Positions 1 through 7,363 of a stretch of DNA of 40,669 bases are shown one piece after another. Below the pieces are notes generated by a model. It saw only the letters and a program-made list of their open reading frames with translations. It was not told the origin of the DNA and made no database searches. Every line of letters starts with the position of its first letter. Position 1 is the first letter of the stretch. The stretch lies in sequence record DRR723986_599, one strand, 5' to 3'. Made by a program: the position numbers and the translations under genes.

Positions 1-55
1 TAACCGCGGCTAACGTCGTTCGGCTGATAAGGGTTGGATCAAGGGGGCCGCTGCT

Positions 56-802
56 CTAGCGGCCGTCGCGGAGGCGATCGCCTAGAAATGGATCCAAGTC
101 AGGCTCGGAATGGATGGCGGATACAGTGGCGTCGATATCGTACTCAACACGACGGAAGCGGATCCAAGGCTCTTCGTAGATCACGTAGCAGCTCTGCCAA
201 TTGCCGTCACGCGGCTGGCCGACAGAACCAACATTGACCATCACCTTCTCATCTCCCAGCTTGTACTCATGGTCAATTTCCTCGGGCCGAGAAAATTTCA
301 TGTCTGACGAGAATACACCGGGGACGTGCGTGTGGCCTTGGAAGCAAACATGCTGGATCATGGAAAAGAGCTTTTCCATCTTCCGGCGGTTGTAGATGTC
401 TTCCGGAAATACGTACTCATTGACCGGGTTGCGAACCGAACCGTGAACGAACAGTACGTTGCCCTCGCGGCGCGTTCGCGGCAAATGGGCGAGGAAATTC
501 AAGCGGCGGAAACACTCCTCTTCTGTGTCCCCGTGCTCAAGCTTATTGCGCGTCCAAAGAATGGCTTTCTCAGCCGCGTTGCTGAAGCCTTCGGGATCGA
601 ACAAGGCGGCGAGGTCGTGGTTCCCTAAGATGCACGCATCAAACTTGGTGGCGGCATCGACGCATTCTTTCGGATTGGGACCGTATCCGATCATGTCGCC
701 CAAGCAGACGATCTGTTCGCACTGCTGAGATTCAATGTCGGCGAGCACCGCGCGAAGAGCAACGATGTTCCCGTGGATGTCACTCAAGATAGCTCGGCGC
801 AC
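56..802 (-). CDS. Metallophosphoesterase (calcineurin-like, YfcE/MJ0936-type), paralog 2
   Basis: Motifs SDIHGN, LGDMIGYGP, GNHD, VHGS, GHTH and NVGSVGQPRD; GTG start. Confidence 0.9.
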   Translation of the reverse strand: MRRAILSDIHGNIVALRAVLADIESQQCEQIVCLGDMIGYGPNPKECVDAATKFDACILGNHDLAALFDPEGFSNAAEKAILWTRNKLEHGDTEEECFRRLNFLAHLPRTRREGNVLFVHGSVRNPVNEYVFPEDIYNRRKMEKLFSMIQHVCFQGHTHVPGVFSSDMKFSRPEEIDHEYKLGDEKVMVNVGSVGQPRDGNWQSCYVIYEEPWIRFRRVEYDIDATVSAIHSEPDLDPFLGDRLRDGR

Positions 803-1057
803 GGTAGGCAGCTCTCAGGATATGGTCTGTGGATCGACATCGCCCGCTAAAGTGAAGTTCCACGCTTGAATCGATTCCCGCAGAACCCCCATCTCGGCAA
901 AAGGCACGATCGATAATCTAGCGTTCGGCGCAAGAAACGCCTACCGGCGTTGGGCCACAAGAGTGGGTTGGCAGCGAGGTTCTTTGTGCTGACATGATTC
1001 TTGGCAGCATGCCGCGATAGTTGAGGAGCGACGCGTCGAACTACAGCCAAGGCAGGG

Positions 1058-1816
1058 CTAACGTCCGCCTCGAAGTCGGTCACCCAGCATGTTGTCCAGA
1101 TCCGTGATGGAATAAATCTTGCTGATCGTTGCTTCCATGTCGTATTCGACGCGATGGAAGGTGATGTTATTTTGCTCCGAATCCATCACGACATAGCAAC
1201 TACGTGGATCTTCGTCGCGTGGTTGTCCGACCGAGCCGACGTTAATCATCAGCTTCTCATCGCCCAGCTCAAAGACGTTGTCGCAGTCTTCTGGGCAAAT
1301 GAATTCACCGTCGGTTGTGAAGACGCCGGGCATGTGTGTGTGCCCCTGAAAGCTGATCCGCTTGATTTTGTCGAATAGCACTTTCATTCGATTCTGGTCG
1401 TAGATCGACTCAGGAAAGACGTATTCGTTGGTGGCGTCACGTGGAGAGCCGTGAACGTATAAGACATCCTCTTCAGCTTGGGACTTGCGCAGTTCGCTCA
1501 GGAAATCCCATCGACGATTGATGGCGCTAGCCGAGCCAGGGCCACGGTCAAGTTCATCGCGTGTCCAATATATGGCACGTAGGGCGACTGGATTGAATCC
1601 TTCCGGATCGAACAACGCCGCTTGGTCGTGATTGCCAAGGATGGTCAACTGGCACTTTTGCATGACTTGATCGAGGCATTGGCATGGATTGGGCCCATAG
1701 CCAACGATGTCGCCCAAGCAAACGATCCGGTCAACGTTCTGCGTTTGAATATGCGCAAGAACTGCCGTCAGCGCTTCTAAGTTTCCGTGGATGTCACTAA
1801 TCAGTGCTTGTCGCAC
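1058..1816 (-). CDS. Metallophosphoesterase (calcineurin-like, YfcE/MJ0936-type), paralog 1
   Basis: Motifs SDIHGN, LGDIVGYGP, GNHD, VHGS, GHTH and NVGSVGQPRD; colinear with 56..802 over its full length. Confidence 0.9.
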   Translation of the reverse strand: MRQALISDIHGNLEALTAVLAHIQTQNVDRIVCLGDIVGYGPNPCQCLDQVMQKCQLTILGNHDQAALFDPEGFNPVALRAIYWTRDELDRGPGSASAINRRWDFLSELRKSQAEEDVLYVHGSPRDATNEYVFPESIYDQNRMKVLFDKIKRISFQGHTHMPGVFTTDGEFICPEDCDNVFELGDEKLMINVGSVGQPRDEDPRSCYVVMDSEQNNITFHRVEYDMEATISKIYSITDLDNMLGDRLRGGR

Positions 1817-2292
1817 AGCAATCTCTTTCTAGGAAGAGGGATGGCCGAACTCGATCCTCCGGGTGACCTCTCCCGCCGTAACTGTTTCTTCAAACTGTGG
1901 CATCGCTTTTTTCGCGTCATGCCACTGTTGCAAACCCAAACCGCTTGCAACACTGTGCTTCGCTGTTTTGCGACCAATATTTTCGCCGCCGTGGACCAGT
2001 TTGTGTTCGAATTCTAGTCAAAAAGCCACTACGGAATCTCGTAAGACTGTTTCGGCCAGAATTCGCAAGCGTCACATTGTAAATCGCGAATGCCTAACTC
2101 GAAAGCCTCCAAGCGGTTCGGATGTGATCATCCTGCGGACCAAACCAGGTTTGGGGCGAATTTTGACTCCCCAAGACCTCGCAAACGCCACCCAACTGAC
2201 GGTGGTCATAGTAAAAACGCCCTGTTTGTGGGGGGCGACGGCTATTCGCGGACCCAGTAAGGCATCGAACAGGTAGAAAGACCAAGCAAAAG

Positions 2293-3042
2293 ATGTGGAA
2301 TCTCGCGATCGAATGCTCTGGGCAAGCTGCGTCGTTGGCTCTCGTGGACCATGGCGAAACTTCGAATGGGCCAAGCAACGTTGTGGAGTTTCCCAAGGGG
2401 GGGAGTAGCGTTCAATTTGTAACCCCAATGGCCAAGGATCTGCTGCAACAGGCAAAAATAACGCGTCCTGACATGATCTCCGTCACCACCGGCCCTGGTT
2501 CGTTCACCGGGCTAAGGGTTGGCATCGCTACCGCAAAAATGCTGGCTTACGCTTGGGGAATCCGCGTTGCGGCCGTTGACTCGCTAGAAGCAATTGCGTT
2601 GGAGATGGCCAGTTCTAAAACCACCGCGAACGGGTCCGCCGCAAGTCCGCCACACCTGATGGTGCCGGTCATCAATGCCTTCCGCCGACAAGTCTTCTCG
2701 GGGCTGTGGCTGGCAGACGGAGCTCAATTGACTGAAATCGCAAGCTCGAACGTGGTCGACGCTGCTGACTGGCAAAAAACGCCCGTGGAAGTGCTCCTGG
2801 AGGCTGGTGGAGGCGGTGCCGAAGTGGGCCATTTGCCGGTTGTTGTCGGTGGACCGGCACTTGGGCAGTATCCGCCAAGCAACGCAGCCGGACGAACCCT
2901 GAGCGAAGTTGTTGGATATGCCTCAGGCGAAACCGTTGCTCAATTGGGATACTCCAAGCACACAAACGGCCAGCTAGTTGAGCCAGGCGAAGTTGTGCCA
3001 GCCTACGGACGCAAGAGTGCTGCTGAGGAGAAGGCTGGATGA
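2293..3042 (+). CDS. tsaB: tRNA threonylcarbamoyladenosine biosynthesis protein TsaB
   Basis: N-terminal LAIECSG, the signature GPGSFTGLRVG, SLEAIA, INAFRRQVF and the C-terminal P.Y.R.S.AE motif. Confidence 0.9.
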   Translation: MWNLAIECSGQAASLALVDHGETSNGPSNVVEFPKGGSSVQFVTPMAKDLLQQAKITRPDMISVTTGPGSFTGLRVGIATAKMLAYAWGIRVAAVDSLEAIALEMASSKTTANGSAASPPHLMVPVINAFRRQVFSGLWLADGAQLTEIASSNVVDAADWQKTPVEVLLEAGGGGAEVGHLPVVVGGPALGQYPPSNAAGRTLSEVVGYASGETVAQLGYSKHTNGQLVEPGEVVPAYGRKSAAEEKAG

Positions 3043-3060
3043 TGGAAAATGATCGATCGC

Positions 3061-4089
3061 CTAGGCACGGCCGGCTGATATGTCGTGCAGAATCGCGCTG
3101 AGACCTGTTGTCGTCGACAGCGAACAAACCGTGTAGATGTTTGAATTGGTCTGCAATTCCAGCCACTGGTTAGCGCGTGGCATCGCGCAGGAGTAAATGA
3201 CGGGGACCTTTGTTTGGCGTTGAAGGTCGTCGATCGTCCTCGCTGTGATTCCTGGTGAAATGTTGTGTTCCGCGGCGTTGCTGGATAGGTCAACGTGGTC
3301 GGTCAGCAATACGCAGGTGGGAGAATCCCCCGAGTCGAGGGCACGCTCGCTCTGGCACAATTCACCAAGACGCTGGCTTGACCAGCGGGTCGCATTGAAG
3401 CCAAACGCGGCAAACGCCCTCTGCCAGACGCGATAACTTTCCGATGAATCGGAGACGATCGCCACCGACCCGCCGTTGGTTTCCATCCTTGCTGATCCAT
3501 CTGTGGGGCGACCAAGAAGAGGAGCTGCTGGTGCGACCGGGTGCGTGAGTAGGTTGGTCTCTGAATGGCACAGCCAGCGTTGCCAGCCATCCCAGTAACG
3601 GTGCCAGGCGAGTTGAAGCCAGGGTGTTTCACCGTGACCGGTGCGTCGGGAGCCGTCGAACCACTGCCCGAGTGCGATCGCGATTGGGATTTCACACTTG
3701 ACGGCTGCGAGTCGTGCGAGCACTGGTCCGACTTCGACGCGAGATGTCAGCGATATTACTATTCGTTGAATCCCAAGTTCGCTCGCGTAGGCGAGGTCCC
3801 GTGAAAACTCGTCCAGTGATTGCTCGGCAAAGCTTCGTACTGCAAACCCTTGTGCGCCGAATGAGCAATCGGCAGTTGGCAGCTCAGCGGAGTCGCTCTC
3901 CGCCTGGGCATGAGGAACCTCTACAGTGAAGCCGCCTATAGTGAATTGTCGCATTAGCCATTGGGTGCTTGGATCATTGGAGCCGAGCCAAAGAACCTGC
4001 GAATGCCGAGCCGGAATGCTCGTGCGCGTCAATTCTGAGTTGGACGCAGCGACGGTCTTGTTGCTAGGGGTGGTTGGCATCAAGTTCAT
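3061..4089 (-). CDS. Hypothetical protein, probably co-transcribed with the HTH-PTS IIA gene
   Basis: 342-aa ORF whose start overlaps the stop of the upstream gene; alternating beta/alpha pattern; no family recognised. Confidence 0.6.
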   Translation of the reverse strand: MNLMPTTPSNKTVAASNSELTRTSIPARHSQVLWLGSNDPSTQWLMRQFTIGGFTVEVPHAQAESDSAELPTADCSFGAQGFAVRSFAEQSLDEFSRDLAYASELGIQRIVISLTSRVEVGPVLARLAAVKCEIPIAIALGQWFDGSRRTGHGETPWLQLAWHRYWDGWQRWLCHSETNLLTHPVAPAAPLLGRPTDGSARMETNGGSVAIVSDSSESYRVWQRAFAAFGFNATRWSSQRLGELCQSERALDSGDSPTCVLLTDHVDLSSNAAEHNISPGITARTIDDLQRQTKVPVIYSCAMPRANQWLELQTNSNIYTVCSLSTTTGLSAILHDISAGRA

Positions 4090-4783
4090 TCTCGAATCGC
4101 GTAATTGCGTCCAGGGCTTCTTGAGCCGAAGTGGCGGCCCGCAACTCGCTAAGCAGCTCGCGGCTGGACACGAGTTGACTGAGCTTGGCGAGCAATTGTA
4201 GGTGCACTTTGTCGTCAGTGGAGCAGATCAGGAAGAAGATGTCCGTCAAATTGCCACTCGCATTTCCAAACGGCAATGGCTGCGACGAGATGCCCAGGCC
4301 GAGTAGAGGTTGCGCGAGAATGGACGTCCGAGGTCGCCTAGGGTGAAGCAGCGCGACACCACTGTCCAGGGCAGTTGGATGTAAGTCTTCTCGAGCGAGC
4401 ACCGCTTCGGTCATCTTGGGTGCATCCCAAAGTAAACCCGACTCCTGGGCGAGCGCCGTCATTCGGCGGACAACGCTGGACCGCGTGCGCGCCGACAGCG
4501 GGACCTCCACCGCCTCGGGAGCAATTAGCTGTGCAATGCTAACCTCTTGTTTTTTGTCATCGCTCCATCGGTCAATGACACGCCGCATTTCCGGCAAGTC
4601 GTCGATTTCGCTCGTGCCGATTTTCGCTTCCAACCAGGAGTGAACGTCTGCTTCGGGAACGAGCCATTCACCGCCCACCTTCCGTGCTGGCAGGTGGCCG
4701 CGATCGATGAGCTTACGGACCTTCTGCGGCGTAATGTGCAGATAGGCAGCCAGTTGACTGATGTCCAAGGCTTTTGACGCCAC
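4064..4783 (-). CDS. Excisionase-type HTH (HTH_17) fused to a PTS EIIA (Ntr/fructose-type) domain
   Basis: N-terminal LDISQLAAYLHITPQKVRKLIDRGHLPARKVGGEW is an excisionase-like HTH. C-terminal LAREDLHPTAL..GVALLHPR and HLQLLAKLS are EIIA motifs. Start moved to GTG 4783, which has GAAGGA upstream. Confidence 0.85.
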   Translation of the reverse strand: MASKALDISQLAAYLHITPQKVRKLIDRGHLPARKVGGEWLVPEADVHSWLEAKIGTSEIDDLPEMRRVIDRWSDDKKQEVSIAQLIAPEAVEVPLSARTRSSVVRRMTALAQESGLLWDAPKMTEAVLAREDLHPTALDSGVALLHPRRPRTSILAQPLLGLGISSQPLPFGNASGNLTDIFFLICSTDDKVHLQLLAKLSQLVSSRELLSELRAATSAQEALDAITRFENELDANHP

Positions 4784-5097
4784 GGTGTGGTTCCTTCTCG
4801 TTGGGCGGCTGCCCAGGTGCAGTTGTGTGACTTGGCGATTGCTCGCATTCAACGTGTTGCTAATGCTAGCGATTCAACGCCGCATCTGTTTACCGCTGAT
4901 CTTTCAGATTATGAGCTTTTCGTATTGACGCTCTAGGGCAAAACGGAACACGCTATTAGGGCACGATCGAAGTTCGGGCGAGTGCAGCAGCCAAGTTGAA
5001 CTGCGAATCTCGACTGAAACGACGAGGTCACACAGGACGTGTGGAACTCGTGCAATATGACTATTTGAAGCTAGCAATCGTGGCAAGGAGGCCGTCG

Positions 5098-6660
5098 ATG
5101 TCTACGTCTTTCCCAAGTGGAAACCCTACGGGTGGAAATTCTAACGAATCCTCAAAAAAGGGGGTAAGCCTCCGAGGGATGCTCAAAGAGGCCGTATTCG
5201 TCGGCTCTGAGGACATCGTCGTTACGTCGTGCTGCAATCGAGCCGCCAAGGTCAAACCGGGCGATGTATTTATCCCCGATAGCACATGTGCCGTCGACCA
5301 GCACGAACTTGCTGAAGAAGCGATTCAGCGTGGAGCGGTCGCAGTCGTCAGCGAGCGACTCTTGACGGTCTCCGTACCCCATTGCCTAGTTGAGGACACT
5401 TCTCTGGCCTACGGGCAAGTCTGCCAAGCACTCGTGGGCAATCCGTCAACTCGGATGCTAACCATCGGCGTTGTCGGTACGCATGGGAAAACGCTCGCAG
5501 CGCTGCATGTCTCCGCCATGCTCAAGCGGCTGGGAGGCTCGGTCGCGTACTACACATCCTTGGGGTCCAGCGATTCGACCTTCTGCGATCGCACGGCTAC
5601 GCGTCCCCCAGCGGCACGTAAACTGGCTCATTGGTTGCAAAAGGCCGACCAAGCAGGCGCGCCAGCGGCAGTCATCGAGCTGACTCCAGCCATGTTGAAG
5701 GCTCAAGTTGATGCGGGCGTCGAATTTGACGTACTCATCATCACCGGGCTTCGAAGTGGTCAAGCGTCCGGCTCGGCAAGCAGTCGACAGATGCGTTACC
5801 TAATCCAACGACTGGTCAGTCGAAGCCAAGATCGTTGCAATATCGTCTACAACGCGGACGATGCACTCACCTGCGAGTGGGTGTCGCAGCGCTACCCTGA
5901 CGCGGTCAGCTACGGCATTGACGCTTCTGAGCACGTGCGTGCCAAGCGGCTTTCACGATTCGGCGGCGAGCAGCAGTTGTTGGTGATTGCTGGCAACAAG
6001 CTAATGCCACTTTGCCTTAAGACTCCAGGTGACCATACGGCCCGCGGTGCACTTGCCGCGATCGCGACGGCCTGGTTGTTTGAGTTCAACATTCCCGAAG
6101 CCATCGCCGGTGTAGAAGCGCTCGACAGCATCCCCGGACGATTGCAGAAGCTTCAGCAGGCGGTCGAAGTGCCGCTTTATATCGACGCAGGATCCACGCC
6201 AGACCGATTGGCGGTTGCCTTGCACTCACTGCGAACACATCAACTCGGAACGCCGACAACCGTGGTCGACCTCGATTCACGCCTGGATGTCAAATGGCGT
6301 GCCCGGCTTGGAGAGATCCTTGAAAAGACTGGCGGCAAGGTCGTCTTATGTGGTTCGGACTTGTCGCCCGAGGCTGTTCAAGGGCTGGCGATGGACGTTC
6401 TCGGCGGGTGTAATTCGCCCGGCAAGGTCCAAGTTATTCCTGATCGAAAAGCCGCCATCGAGTGGGCAGTAAACAGTACCACCGAGGGTTGCATCTTGCT
6501 GTCCGGCTGCGGAGCCAAAGTGTGGACTGGACGTGACGGAGAGCCACTGAGCGACGAAGGTGTGGCTCGCGATGCCGTGACACAATTGAATTCCAAAGCG
6601 GCTGTAGCCAAGCTTGGGATTTTTCCTTCTTCCGAGCCGCCTGCGTCCTATTCGCATTGA
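5098..6660 (+). CDS. Divergent Mur-ligase (MurE-like) protein
   Basis: VKPGDVF..AIQRGAVAVV N-domain, P-loop-like GVVGTHGKT, YNADD, IPGRLQ, DRKAAIEWAV, LLSGCG. Start at ATG 5098 with AAGGAGG upstream. Several MurE catalytic motifs are degenerate. Confidence 0.75.
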   Translation: MSTSFPSGNPTGGNSNESSKKGVSLRGMLKEAVFVGSEDIVVTSCCNRAAKVKPGDVFIPDSTCAVDQHELAEEAIQRGAVAVVSERLLTVSVPHCLVEDTSLAYGQVCQALVGNPSTRMLTIGVVGTHGKTLAALHVSAMLKRLGGSVAYYTSLGSSDSTFCDRTATRPPAARKLAHWLQKADQAGAPAAVIELTPAMLKAQVDAGVEFDVLIITGLRSGQASGSASSRQMRYLIQRLVSRSQDRCNIVYNADDALTCEWVSQRYPDAVSYGIDASEHVRAKRLSRFGGEQQLLVIAGNKLMPLCLKTPGDHTARGALAAIATAWLFEFNIPEAIAGVEALDSIPGRLQKLQQAVEVPLYIDAGSTPDRLAVALHSLRTHQLGTPTTVVDLDSRLDVKWRARLGEILEKTGGKVVLCGSDLSPEAVQGLAMDVLGGCNSPGKVQVIPDRKAAIEWAVNSTTEGCILLSGCGAKVWTGRDGEPLSDEGVARDAVTQLNSKAAVAKLGIFPSSEPPASYSH

Positions 6661-6726
6661 CTCGGGTTACCGCGATTGGGTATTCCACAATTATCTCAAG
6701 TCAGAAACGTGGTGAAGCGAGCTGAA

Positions 6727-7071
6727 TGAGCCGCAAACCGCCTGCTGAAACAGCGCTCCTCGATGAGCGCTGGAGAGATGCCAACAAGCAATTCGTGCGG
6801 TTCAGAACCCAGACATCGGCCGTGCGAGTTACTGGTTTAAACAATCAATCAGTGGAAGCCCTGTCGTTGGCTATGGTTTTGCGGGAAAGCATAGCTGGCC
6901 TCCCTCCTGGGTCGGAGCACACATCTGATAAGCTTGGTTTCTGGGTCAACTGGGCTTAACAGCGCTTCGCGACAGGGCTTAGTTCTGCGCACCGGAGCAT
7001 TTCGAATCCGATTTGCTCCGGTGCCAGGGAACAATCGCCCTTGCAGTCCACAGATCTGCAAGGGCGTTTTT
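6727..7071 (+). ncRNA. Candidate structured non-coding RNA, family unrecognised
   Basis: At least eight stems identified by eye (see findings). G-U pairs are compatible only with the + strand. The element ends in an intrinsic terminator and lies in a ~700-nt intergenic gap. Confidence 0.5.
7036..7071 (+). terminator. Rho-independent terminator
   Basis: Stem CGCCCTTGCAG / CTGCAAGGGCG followed by TTTTT. Confidence 0.75.
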
Positions 7072-7363
7072 CGTCTAGGTCTGCCCCCTCGCTGGACAAT
7101 CCCACGCGGCAATTCCCGACCCAGCCCGCCGATTCATTCGCAATAAGCTCCCAGCTCAACCGCCACCGTGTCGCATCTAGCATCTGAGCGGTGAAAAACT
7201 AAGTGTTGGATCTCGTAGCAGCAATCACGCTGAATCCGGCAACCCATCGCCGATCTTCGCCCGAGCCGACGAAGTCACCGGGAGTTTGTGCTATTCTGTT
7301 GCTGCTTACGACGGAAGCCTTCTTTTCAGTCAAACCACGCTTCGAACCCACCTGGAGCTCAAC

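Noticed and set aside
1-27. TAACCGCGGCTAACGTCGTTCGGCTGA, an imperfect palindrome reminiscent of a second REP-like family
   Set aside because: Single copy at the window edge with no convincing second copy in the window, so it cannot be supported.
6726-6959. 77-aa ORF overlapping the structured element
   Set aside because: No clear SD or recognisable domain, and dense pairing across it favours an RNA-level explanation. It is not excluded.
6989-7026. TTCGAATCC plus a terminal CCA suggesting a tRNA or tmRNA 3' end
   Set aside because: No proper T-stem, D-arm or anticodon arm and no matching acceptor 5' strand; the sequence forms a simple hairpin.
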